A model generated the notes under the pieces. The model searched no databases, was not told where the DNA came from, and was given only the letters and a program-made list of their open reading frames with translations. A stretch of DNA of 64,000 nucleotides from contig OY970192.1 of the NCBI GenBank assembly GCA_963708135.1, positions 5,381,953 to 5,445,952 of the forward strand, read 5' to 3'. The translations under genes and the position numbers were made by a program. This stretch comes from an uncultured Gemmatimonadales bacterium (GTDB taxonomy: Bacteria; Gemmatimonadota; Gemmatimonadetes; Longimicrobiales; RSA9). Shown here piece by piece: positions 12,723 through 21,529 of the stretch (positions are counted from its first letter, which is position 1; every line of letters begins with the position of its first letter).

Positions 12723-15700
12723 ATGATGAAGTGGATCACAGGCAGGTACGGGTGGCTCCTTCCACTCGCCGCGTTCCTTCTCGTGCTGTCCGGAACGTGG
12801 ATCTTCGACCGTGAGCGCGGGGACCGGCTGCAGGCGGCGCGCCGCGAGGCGCAGGCCGTGGCGACGCGGCGGGCCTCGGTGCTGTCGGACCAGATCGGCA
12901 ACGCGCTGAGCACGCGCATCGGCGCGCTCACGGCCGCGAAGCTCCGCTTCACCCAGGTCGAGGACTCCGTCTCGGAGCGCGTCTTCGACGCCGCCATGGA
13001 CAGCGTCACGAGCCATCTGGCGGGGCTCAACGCGATCCACGTGCTCTATCCCGACAGCGTACGGCCGGCGGACCGGCGCGCCCGGCGCGAGACGCCGCCG
13101 CTCGACATCGCCTCGGACACCGCGGTCGCGAACGCGTACCACCGAGCGCTGGCGGAGAAGCGGGTGACGGCGACGTCGGTGCTCGATCCCACCGGGCACC
13201 GGATGCTGATCTTCGATCCGGTCTTCGCGGCGGACAGCTCGAAGCTGCTGGGCGTGCTCGCGGCGGACATCGACCCGGTGGCGGTGGTGCGCAGCGCGCT
13301 CGCGGCGGCGGGCGCGGCGGACACGATCCGGGGCGCGTTCTATTCCGTGTTCGGGCCGAACGGCGTGCGCATCAGCGGCTATGCCGCGCCGCGGGACTGG
13401 CCCGCGATCGACCTGCCGATGAGCGCGGCGGACACGCGCTGGATGATCCGCCTCGCGTATCCGCCGGTGGACACGGGGGTCTACCAGGCGGAGCGGGTGG
13501 CCACGTGGGTGACGGGGCTGGCCGTGGCCCTGGCGTTCGCGGTGATCCTGGTGTTCTTCCGGAAAACGATCCTGTCGCAGCGCGAGGAGATCGAGCGGCG
13601 GGTGGTCGCGGAGGAGGCGGCGCGGACGAGCGCGGAGGAGGCGCGGGCGCGGGCGGAGGAGGCGCGCGAGCTGGCGCAGCAGATCGAGGCGGCGCAGCGG
13701 GCGGCACAGCGGCTCTCGACGTCGCTGGACCCGGACGACGTGGTGGAGCTGTTCCTGGGTGGGGTGGCGGAGACGCTGGAGGCGGACGTGGCCACGCTCT
13801 ACACCTTCGCGGAGGAAGGGGAGGTGCTGGTCGGCCGCAAGCGGATGGTGTTCCGGGACGTGGGGAAGGCGACGGAGCGGCTGCGCACGGAGGACATCCG
13901 GCAGGTGCGCGTGCCGGTCGCGATGCTGCCGGTGCTGGCGGAGGCGGTGGCCACGGGCGAGCCGTACGTGATCGAGGACGCCTCGCGGGGTGGGCGCCCG
14001 GTGCCGAGCTACTCCGCCGGCCCGGAGGCAGCGCCGGCGTCGGTGACGGTGCCGCTGCTCATCGGCGGGCACACGGTGGGCGTGGCCACGTGGGAGATCT
14101 ACCAGGGCCCGCGGCGCTTCGAGGCGGGGACGATCGCGTTCGCACAGGCGTTGGCGGCGCCGGCGGCGGCGGCGCTGCGCTCGGCGGAGCTGTTCGCCTC
14201 GCTGGAGTCGGCGCGCGCGCGGGCGACGTGGGAGGCGCTGCGCTTCGGCACGGTGCTCGACCAGATGGCGGATGGGGTGGTGGTGGTGGACGCGAAGGGG
14301 AAGGTGGAGCTGTCGAACCAGGCCGCGGCGGAGCTGCTGGGGCCGGAGCTGGCGGAGACCCCGCTCGAGCAGTGGCCTGCGCGCTTCAGCCTGGCGGCCA
14401 GCGACGGGCGGCCGTATCCGGCGGGGGAGAACCCGGTGGTGCGCGCGCTGCGCGGGGAGCGGGTGCGGCGGGCGACGTTCATGGTGCGCTCGCCGTGGGG
14501 GACGGAGCGGCACCTGTCGGCGGCGGCGGCGCCGATCCTGACGCGGACGGGGGAGCCAGCGGGCGCGGCGATGGTGGTGCGGGACGTAAGCGACGAGCAC
14601 GAGTACGCGGAGATGCTGCGGCACACGAACCGGGAGCTCAGGCGGCAGGCGGAGGTGCTGGAGGAGGTGAACACGCAGCTGCGGGACGCGACGAAGGCGA
14701 AGGACCAGTTCCTGGCGGTGATGAGCCACGAGCTGCGGACGCCGATCAACGCGATCATGGGCTACTCGGACCTGCTGGACCTGGAGGTGAAGGGGAAGCT
14801 GAACGGGGAGCAGAAGGGGATGGTTTCGCGCGTGCGCGACACCTCGCGGCACCTGCTCGGGCTGATCAACGAGGTGCTGGACCTGGCCAAGGTGGGCGCC
14901 GGGCGGGTGGACCTGGTGATGGTGGATCTGAAGGTGGGCACGGTGGTCGAGCGGGCGGTGCACCAGGTGATGCCGCTGGCGGCGGCAAAAGGGCTCTCGA
15001 TGGAGGTCAAGCCGGCGCCGACGGACCGGGATCTCGTGGTTGTGGCCGACGAGACGCGGCTCACCCAGATCGTGATCAACCTGCTCTCGAACGCGGTGAA
15101 GTTCACGCAGCAGGGCAGCGTCACCGTCTCCTTCGGCCGTACGGATGACACGGTCGAGATCCACGTGCGCGACACGGGCCCGGGGATCCCGCGGGAGCAG
15201 CGCGAACGCATCTTCGAAGAGTTCTACCAGGTCGAGAGCGGGCTCTCGCGCAGCATCGGCGGCACCGGCCTCGGGCTCGCGATCGCGCGCCGGTTCGCGC
15301 GCCTGATGAACGGCGACATCACCGTCGACAGCGAGTCCGGGAAGGGCTCCGAGTTCACCATCCGGCTGCCCTCCGTCGATGCCGCGCGGCCGGGCGCCCC
15401 CGAGCCACAGGAGACGACGGTCGCCCTCTACAGCACGGACGGCGACCTGATCGACCACGTGGCGGCGCTGCTCGCCGGCTCCGTCCGGATCGTGGGCGCC
15501 ACGGAGCCGGCCCGGATGGCCTCGCTGGCGCGGCGGGAGGAGCCCTCGCTGGTGGCCCTCGATGCCGGCGGAGGGCTGCCCGCGTGGCGTACGCTCGCGG
15601 CGCTCCAGGCCGACCCGCTCACGGCCGACATCGAGGTGCTCCTGTGCGCCCGCCAGGACCACGGCGGCGCGAACGCGCTGGACCTCGGGCGCTTCACGAT

Positions 15701-16163
15701 CCTGCCGAAGCCGCTCTCGCTGGAGCGGGCCGCGCACGCGATCCGGGCCGCCGCGGCGGGCCGCCTCGAGTCCGTGCTCGTCGTGGGCGACGACGCGGAC
15801 GTCTGCCGCATCCTCGCGGAGTCGCTCGCGGCGCACGGCAGCCGCGTGCAGACGGCGTCCAACGCGCCGGGCGCGCTCCGCGCCGCCAGCGCGGAGCGAC
15901 CGAGCGTGTGCGTCGTCGACCTCATGATGGGGGAGGGACAGGGGATCGCCGCGCTGGCGCGGCTGCGCCGGGACGCCGCGCTGCGTGACATCCCGGTGCT
16001 CGCGCTCTGCCCGCGCGCGCTCTCCGAGACGGAGATGCGCGAGCTGGCGGAGGCCATCCACCGGGTGGTTCGCACGTCCGCCGCCGCCATGCGGCCGCTT
16101 CCGCGGCTCATCCAGGAGGCGCTCGAGGACGGGACGTTTGACGCTCGGGCCGGCGCCGCGTAA
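12723..16163 (+). CDS. Membrane hybrid sensor histidine kinase (periplasmic sensor, GAF, PAS, HisKA, HATPase, two receiver-like domains)
   Basis: Two TM segments; FLAVMSHELRTP, NLLSNAVKFT, DTGPGI, GGTGLGL; receiver-like C-terminal repeats. Confidence 0.92.
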   Translation: MMKWITGRYGWLLPLAAFLLVLSGTWIFDRERGDRLQAARREAQAVATRRASVLSDQIGNALSTRIGALTAAKLRFTQVEDSVSERVFDAAMDSVTSHLAGLNAIHVLYPDSVRPADRRARRETPPLDIASDTAVANAYHRALAEKRVTATSVLDPTGHRMLIFDPVFAADSSKLLGVLAADIDPVAVVRSALAAAGAADTIRGAFYSVFGPNGVRISGYAAPRDWPAIDLPMSAADTRWMIRLAYPPVDTGVYQAERVATWVTGLAVALAFAVILVFFRKTILSQREEIERRVVAEEAARTSAEEARARAEEARELAQQIEAAQRAAQRLSTSLDPDDVVELFLGGVAETLEADVATLYTFAEEGEVLVGRKRMVFRDVGKATERLRTEDIRQVRVPVAMLPVLAEAVATGEPYVIEDASRGGRPVPSYSAGPEAAPASVTVPLLIGGHTVGVATWEIYQGPRRFEAGTIAFAQALAAPAAAALRSAELFASLESARARATWEALRFGTVLDQMADGVVVVDAKGKVELSNQAAAELLGPELAETPLEQWPARFSLAASDGRPYPAGENPVVRALRGERVRRATFMVRSPWGTERHLSAAAAPILTRTGEPAGAAMVVRDVSDEHEYAEMLRHTNRELRRQAEVLEEVNTQLRDATKAKDQFLAVMSHELRTPINAIMGYSDLLDLEVKGKLNGEQKGMVSRVRDTSRHLLGLINEVLDLAKVGAGRVDLVMVDLKVGTVVERAVHQVMPLAAAKGLSMEVKPAPTDRDLVVVADETRLTQIVINLLSNAVKFTQQGSVTVSFGRTDDTVEIHVRDTGPGIPREQRERIFEEFYQVESGLSRSIGGTGLGLAIARRFARLMNGDITVDSESGKGSEFTIRLPSVDAARPGAPEPQETTVALYSTDGDLIDHVAALLAGSVRIVGATEPARMASLARREEPSLVALDAGGGLPAWRTLAALQADPLTADIEVLLCARQDHGGANALDLGRFTILPKPLSLERAAHAIRAAAAGRLESVLVVGDDADVCRILAESLAAHGSRVQTASNAPGALRAASAERPSVCVVDLMMGEGQGIAALARLRRDAALRDIPVLALCPRALSETEMRELAEAIHRVVRTSAAAMRPLPRLIQEALEDGTFDARAGAA

Positions 16164-16173
16164 CCTGCGCGGC

Positions 16174-16542
16174 ATGGACCGCCTCTTCTTCGCGCTCGGC
16201 GCCGCCTTCGCCTTCCTGGGCGTCGCGCTCGGCGCCTTCGGCGCCCACGTGCTCACCGGCCGCCTGCCGGCCGACCGCCTGGCCATCTTCGAGGTCGGCG
16301 TGCGCTACCAGATGTACCACGCGCTGGGCCTGCTCGCCGTGGCGTGGGCGTGGAGCCGCTGGCCGGGCGTCGCCTCCGCCTGGGCGGGCTGGCTCTTCAC
16401 GGGCGGGATCATCGTCTTCTCGGGGACGCTCTATCTGCTGGCCTTCGGGGCGCCGCGGTGGTGGGGGGCGGTGACGCCGCTGGGGGGACTGGCGATGCTG
16501 GGAGGGTGGGTGGTGCTGGGGTGGAGCGCGGTGAAGGGATAG
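16174..16542 (+). CDS. DUF423 family membrane protein
   Basis: ALGAFGAH, YQMYHALGL, FSGTLY, VTPLGG. Confidence 0.9.
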   Translation: MDRLFFALGAAFAFLGVALGAFGAHVLTGRLPADRLAIFEVGVRYQMYHALGLLAVAWAWSRWPGVASAWAGWLFTGGIIVFSGTLYLLAFGAPRWWGAVTPLGGLAMLGGWVVLGWSAVKG

Positions 16543-16564
16543 CAGCGAAAGCTGGAGCCAGAGC

Positions 16565-17638
16565 TCACCCTCTTCCCTCCACGCAGTACAGCCTCTCGGC
16601 CACCGCATCACCGCTGTAGCGGCGGCCCACACCATCGGAATCCGAGCGGTAGCGGCGGTAGCCGCGGGTGTAGCGGCGGTAGGTCGCCGCACGGCCGTGG
16701 GCCTTCATCAGCCGCTCGATCTCCGGCTCGGGGATGATCCCTTCCGTGTTGTAGCTCATGACAATGTGGCGCGCGCGCGAGGCGGCCAGGAGGGCGTCGA
16801 GCGCCTCGACGCAGCCGCGCCGGCGCGACCATGCGCTCCGCTTCTCGGCGTCGGGCAGGAGCCCGGTCTTGCCGCGCGTCTCCGGCTCGCCGCCAGCCCA
16901 GCCCTGCGCGATGAGCTCGGGCACGTGGTAGTAGCCCGGGTACTGGCGGGTGTTGTAGGGCGGGTCGAGGTAGAGCAGGTCGACGCTCCCCGCCTCGGCC
17001 ACGGTGACGAGCGCATCGGCGCGGCGGGCGCGGCAGCCGTTGGTCGGAATGATGCGGGGCGGCCGGAGCTCGAGCGGCCGCATGGCGTTCGGCTGCCAGC
17101 TCTTCACGAACGAAGCGTAGACGCCGGTGGTGTTGGCCACGCCGTCCGCGGCCTCGAGGAGGGCGGCCAGCAGGACGTGGAAACCGTCGTCGTCGATGGC
17201 GCCGCCGGCGCGCCAGCGCTCGAGCGTGTCGCGGACGGCGTCGATGCGCGCGGCGTTCGGCGGGGTGAAGTACATGCGCCCGTGGATGCGGCCCTCGTCG
17301 CCATCGGGTGCGTAGTGGCGGTGGATCACGCCGGGGCATCCCTCCAGGCGGTTCAGCCAGGCGACGACGCCGCCGAGCGTCCGCGCCGCGCCGCCGAGCT
17401 CGGGCTCGAGGCCGGGAAACTCGGGGACCGCCGCCACCTCGACGTACGCGCGCCCGAAGACGTAGGCGTACTCCATGACGTCGGAGGCGGTCACGGCGAA
17501 GCCCCACGACTTGAGCGCGCGCGCTACGCTCGCGGTGCCCGTGAACGGGTCGATGGCGGTGCCGGCCGCGATGCCGCGCCGGCGGAGCGCGTCGCGGATG
17601 AAGCCGAGCAGCCGGGTCTTGTTGCCGATGTATCTCAC
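16565..17638 (-). CDS. DNA adenine methyltransferase (D12/Dam-like, N6A), orphan
   Basis: RYIGNKTRL, DPFTGTASV (motif I), LYLDPPYN (motif IV), MSYN; GTG start at 17638. Confidence 0.88.
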   Translation of the reverse strand: MRYIGNKTRLLGFIRDALRRRGIAAGTAIDPFTGTASVARALKSWGFAVTASDVMEYAYVFGRAYVEVAAVPEFPGLEPELGGAARTLGGVVAWLNRLEGCPGVIHRHYAPDGDEGRIHGRMYFTPPNAARIDAVRDTLERWRAGGAIDDDGFHVLLAALLEAADGVANTTGVYASFVKSWQPNAMRPLELRPPRIIPTNGCRARRADALVTVAEAGSVDLLYLDPPYNTRQYPGYYHVPELIAQGWAGGEPETRGKTGLLPDAEKRSAWSRRRGCVEALDALLAASRARHIVMSYNTEGIIPEPEIERLMKAHGRAATYRRYTRGYRRYRSDSDGVGRRYSGDAVAERLYCVEGRG

Positions 17639-17645
17639 CGGCCCG

Positions 17646-17674
17646 AATATAGACCGGAGATCGAACCCCGTCCA
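17646..17674 (-). promoter_or_regulatory. Putative promoter giving a leaderless methyltransferase mRNA
   Basis: Minus-strand TGGACG-N17-TATATT ending 7 nt before the GTG. Confidence 0.45.
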
Positions 17675-17690
17675 TCGCGGAGCCCCGAGC

Positions 17691-17885
17691 ATGCCCACGT
17701 ACCGGATGACCGTCCGCTACGGCGCGCCACGCGCGCGCTACCACATGGAGGACGTGCGGGCGGCCTCGCTGGCCGAGGCGATGCGGCGGGGCGCTGACGC
17801 GCTGCCGCCCGACGTTGCCGAAGGCGAGCTGGTCGAGATCCGGCGCAGCACGGAGGCGGAGCAGAGGGAGTATGGACCCGGCTGA
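17691..17885 (+). CDS. Small hypothetical protein (64 aa)
   Basis: GGAG before ATG; protein-like composition (MPTYRMTVRYG..ELVEIRR); overlaps the waaA start. Confidence 0.6.
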   Translation: MPTYRMTVRYGAPRARYHMEDVRAASLAEAMRRGADALPPDVAEGELVEIRRSTEAEQREYGPG

Positions 17886-19305
17886 GCTGCTGCGGCGCGA
17901 GCGCGTCTACGAGCGCGCCGTGCGGCTGGCGCGGCCGCTGCTCCGGCTGGCCTCACCGCTGAACGGCAAGCTCGCGCGCGGGGTGCGCGGCCGGGAGGGC
18001 GCGGCGGAGCGGCTGGAGGCGTGGGCCGCGGCGTCGCGGGAGCCGGGCCGGCCGCTGGTCTGGCTACACGCGCCGTCGGTGGGCGAGGGGCTCATGGCGC
18101 AGGCGATCATCGCGGCGCTGCGGGCGCGAGCGCCCGAGGCCCAGGTCGCGTTCACGTTCTTCTCGCCGTCGGCGGAGCGGCTGCGCGGCGCGACCGGCGC
18201 GGACGTGGAGGACTACCTGCCATGGGACCTGGACGAGGAGGTCGGGCGGGCCGTGGCCGCGCTCCGGCCCGACGTCGTCGCGTTCGTCCGGACCGAGGTG
18301 TGGCCGGTGCTCACGGCGCACGCGCGCGCGGCCGGCGCACGGCTGGCCCTGGTGAACGCGATCCTGCCGCGGCGGGCGGGACGGCTGCGCTGGGCCGCGC
18401 GCTTCCTGACCGGCCCGGCGTTCTACCGACTGGACGGCGTGGGGGCGGTCTCGGAGGCGGACGCGCGGCGCTTCCCGCTCCTGGGCGTCCCGTCGGCGCG
18501 GGTGCGGGTCACGGGCGATGCCCGCTTCGACCAGGTCTGGCAGCGCGTGCGGGCGCTCCGGCCGGACGCGCCCCTGCTCTCGCGGCTGCGGGCGCCCGGC
18601 GGGAGGACCGTGGTCGCGGGCTCGACGTGGCCATCGGATGAGCGGCTGCTCGTGCCGGCGGTTGCGGGCGCGCGGGAGGGGGAGGTCGGCGGAGAGGGTG
18701 GCGGCCAGGGGGAGGGGGAGCGGCCGGGGGGGAGGGTCCGGCTGATCGTGGCCCCCCACGAGCCGACGGAGGCGCATCTGCGAGGCGTCGAACGCCTGCT
18801 CGATGCGCACGGGATCGGGTGTCGCAGGTTGGGGAGGGTGGCGCGGGAGGGGGGGATCGCGGGAAGCCAGGGTAGGGGTGAGGGTAAGGGTAAGGGTAAG
18901 GGCGAGGGGGAGGGGGAGGGTGGGGGGGAGGGGGACCTGGAGGCGATCGTGGTCGACCGGGTGGGCGTGCTCGCGGATCTGTACGCCATCGCCGATGTGG
19001 CGTACGTGGGAGGCGGGTTCCACGAGGCGGGGCTTCATTCGGTCGTGGAGCCGGCGGCGCTGGGGGTGCCGGTGCTGTTCGGGCCGCGGCACGACCGGTC
19101 ACGGGAGGCGGGGGAGCTGGCGGCGGCGGGGGGCGGGGTGATCGTGCCGGACGGGGCGGCGCTGGAGAGGGCGCTCGGGTGGTGGCTGACGGACGGGGAG
19201 GCGCGGGAGCGGGCGGGGGCGGCGGCGGAGGCGTACGTCCGCTCGCAGCTCGGAGGCGCCGAGGGGAACGCGGCGCTCATCCTGGAGCTCGCGGCGCGCG
19301 GCTGA
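17872..19305 (+). CDS. waaA: 3-deoxy-D-manno-octulosonic acid (Kdo) transferase
   Basis: VWLHAPSVGE, TFFSPS, YLPWD, GDARFD, AGSTW, AYVGGGF, HSVVEPA. Confidence 0.9.
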   Translation: MDPAELLRRERVYERAVRLARPLLRLASPLNGKLARGVRGREGAAERLEAWAAASREPGRPLVWLHAPSVGEGLMAQAIIAALRARAPEAQVAFTFFSPSAERLRGATGADVEDYLPWDLDEEVGRAVAALRPDVVAFVRTEVWPVLTAHARAAGARLALVNAILPRRAGRLRWAARFLTGPAFYRLDGVGAVSEADARRFPLLGVPSARVRVTGDARFDQVWQRVRALRPDAPLLSRLRAPGGRTVVAGSTWPSDERLLVPAVAGAREGEVGGEGGGQGEGERPGGRVRLIVAPHEPTEAHLRGVERLLDAHGIGCRRLGRVAREGGIAGSQGRGEGKGKGKGEGEGEGGGEGDLEAIVVDRVGVLADLYAIADVAYVGGGFHEAGLHSVVEPAALGVPVLFGPRHDRSREAGELAAAGGGVIVPDGAALERALGWWLTDGEARERAGAAAEAYVRSQLGGAEGNAALILELAARG

Positions 19306-19332
19306 AAGTGGCGTGCGCTCCGGCTCGCTCCG

Positions 19333-19360
19333 TTGACAGCGAGGCCGTCCGGCGTAGCTT
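19333..19360 (+). promoter_or_regulatory. Putative sigma70 promoter for the JAMM-Ubl/E1 operon
   Basis: TTGACA-N16-TAGCTT. Confidence 0.55.
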
Positions 19361-19395
19361 TAAGGCATGCCTTCCGGGGTCGGAAACCCTTTGCC

Positions 19396-19965
19396 ATGAA
19401 ACGACATTCGACCGCCTCGACGGGCGCCGCGACGGCACCGATCGGCGCGCCGGCGCTGCGGGTATCCGCGGGCGTCGTGGCGACGGTCCTGGACGAGGCG
19501 CGGCGCGCCTGGCCGCACGAGTGCTGCGGCCTGCTCGCCGGAGTGGAGCGGCCGGACGCCGGCTGCCCGGACGCCGCCGGTGGCGGCGAGGGATCGCCAG
19601 GCGGCCGGCGGGACCACGCCGGACGCCCGGAGCGGCGGGTGGTGCGGGCGGTGCCGGTGCCGAACGGCGCGGAGGACGCCGCCCGCGGTTACCGGATCCC
19701 GGCGGCGGTGCTGCGGCGGCTCGAGGCGGAGCTTGCCGCGGATGGTCTCGAGGTGGTGGGGGTATACCACTCGCACCCGGACGGGCGGGCGCGGCCGTCC
19801 GCGGCGGACGGGGCGGCGGCGTGGCCGTGGTACAGCTACCTGATCGTGCCGCTCGCGGAAGGCGGCGAGGTGGGGGCCGCGGGGCTCCGTTCCTGGCGGC
19901 TGCGCGAGGACCGGAGCGGATTCGGGGAGGAGCGGCTCGAGGTGGAGCGGGGAGGCGGGGCGTGA
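19396..19965 (+). CDS. JAMM/MPN+ (M67, Mec-like) metalloprotease
   Basis: PHECCGLL and YHSHPDG.ARPS..D (E-HxH-S-D JAMM motif); WPWYSYLIV. Confidence 0.9.
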   Translation: MKRHSTASTGAATAPIGAPALRVSAGVVATVLDEARRAWPHECCGLLAGVERPDAGCPDAAGGGEGSPGGRRDHAGRPERRVVRAVPVPNGAEDAARGYRIPAAVLRRLEAELAADGLEVVGVYHSHPDGRARPSAADGAAAWPWYSYLIVPLAEGGEVGAAGLRSWRLREDRSGFGEERLEVERGGGA

Positions 19966-21494
19966 GCGACGTCGCCATTGGGATTCCGGCGCCGCTCCGG
20001 GCGCTGGCCGGGGGCGCCGCCGAGGTGCGGGTCGCGGCAGGCACGGTGGGCGAGGCGCTCGGCGCGCTGGTGACCGCGCACCCGGCGCTCCGGCGGCACC
20101 TGTACGCGGAGGGCGGCGGGCTCAGGAGCCACGTCAACATCTACGTGAACGAGGACGACGTGCGCTGGCGGCAGGGCGAGGCCACGGCCGTCGGGGAGGG
20201 AGACCTGATCGTGATCGTACCGAGCATCGCCGGCGGCAGCGCGGAGGGCGGCGAGGGCGGGAGCGGCGCCGCATCCGACCCGACGGCGGACCTGAGCCGC
20301 AACGAGCTCGCGCGCTACGCCCGCCACCTCGTGCTGGACGAGGTGGGGATGGAGGGGCAGCGGGCGCTGCGCTCGGCGCGGGTGCTGATCGTGGGCGCCG
20401 GCGGGCTCGGCTCCCCCGTCGCCCTGTACCTGGCGGCGGCCGGCGTGGGCACGCTGGGCGTGGTGGACTACGACCGGGTGGAGCTCAGCAACCTGCAGCG
20501 GCAGGTGCTCTACGGCGAGTCGGATGTCGGGCGGCCGAAGGCGGAGGCGGCCGCGGCGCGGCTGCGGGACCTGAACCCGAACGTGCGGACGGCCGAGCAC
20601 GCGCTCCGGCTCACGAGCGCCAACGCGATGGATGTGATCCGCGACTACGACGTGGTGGTGGACGGCACGGACAACTTCCCGACGCGCTATCTGGTGAACG
20701 ACTGCTGCGTGCTGCTGGGCAAGCCGTACGTCTACGGCTCGATCCTGCGCTTCGAGGGGCAGGTCTCGGTGTTCGACGGCGCGCGCGGGCCGTGCTACCG
20801 CTGTCTCTTCCGCGAGCCGCCGCCGCCCGGGCTGGTGCCGAGCTGCGCGGAGGGCGGAGTCCTGGGCGTGCTGCCGGGGATCATCGGTTCGCTCCAGGCG
20901 CTGGAGACGATCAAGCTGATCCTGGGCGTCGGCGAGACGCTGCTCGGCCGGCTGGTCCTGTTCGACGCGCTGGCGCAGCGCTGGCGCGAGCTCAGGCTGC
21001 GCAAGAACCCCGACTGCCCCGTCTGCGGCGAGAAGCCGACCATCACGGCGCCGATCGACTACGAGGCGTTCTGCGGGATCACCCCGGAAGGCGACGGATC
21101 CGCCGCGGCGACCGGCGCGGACGCCGGCTCGCCGGCCGGCGCCGGGGCGGCCCAGGAGGCAGACTCGCTGCCGGACGAGGTCTCGGTGGTCGAGCTCGCG
21201 GAGCGGCTCGAGCGAGGCGAGCGGATCGCGCTGGTGGACATCCGGGAGCCGTTCGAGTGGCGCATCGCGAACCTCGAGGAGCACGGCGCGCGGCTGATCC
21301 CGATGGGGCAGCTCGAGGCGCGGCTGGGGGAGATCGACCCGGAAACGCCCACCGTGCTCTACTGTCATTCCGGGCGCCGCAGCCTCCTCGCGCTTCACGC
21401 GCTGCGTGCCCGGGGGCTCGACCGGGTCTCGCACCTGCGCGGCGGCATCGACGCGTGGGCCGTGCAGGTGGACCCGTCCTTGCCCCGTTACTGA
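19962..21494 (+). CDS. moeB: MoaD/ThiS-like ubiquitin domain fused to MoeB/ThiF E1 enzyme and rhodanese (MoeZ-like)
   Basis: GTGA overlap with the JAMM gene; Ubl ends VIVPSIAGG; GAGGLG, SNLQRQ, CYRC, SCAEGG, CPVC; rhodanese YCHSGRRS. Confidence 0.9.
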   Translation: MSDVAIGIPAPLRALAGGAAEVRVAAGTVGEALGALVTAHPALRRHLYAEGGGLRSHVNIYVNEDDVRWRQGEATAVGEGDLIVIVPSIAGGSAEGGEGGSGAASDPTADLSRNELARYARHLVLDEVGMEGQRALRSARVLIVGAGGLGSPVALYLAAAGVGTLGVVDYDRVELSNLQRQVLYGESDVGRPKAEAAAARLRDLNPNVRTAEHALRLTSANAMDVIRDYDVVVDGTDNFPTRYLVNDCCVLLGKPYVYGSILRFEGQVSVFDGARGPCYRCLFREPPPPGLVPSCAEGGVLGVLPGIIGSLQALETIKLILGVGETLLGRLVLFDALAQRWRELRLRKNPDCPVCGEKPTITAPIDYEAFCGITPEGDGSAAATGADAGSPAGAGAAQEADSLPDEVSVVELAERLERGERIALVDIREPFEWRIANLEEHGARLIPMGQLEARLGEIDPETPTVLYCHSGRRSLLALHALRARGLDRVSHLRGGIDAWAVQVDPSLPRY

Positions 21495-21529
21495 TCGAGC
21501 GACCCTCTCCTCCCGATCGAGGCAGTGCC

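Noticed and set aside
19361..19395. Moco riboswitch upstream of the moeB operon
   Set aside because: The leader is far too short and lacks the recognisable multi-stem motif
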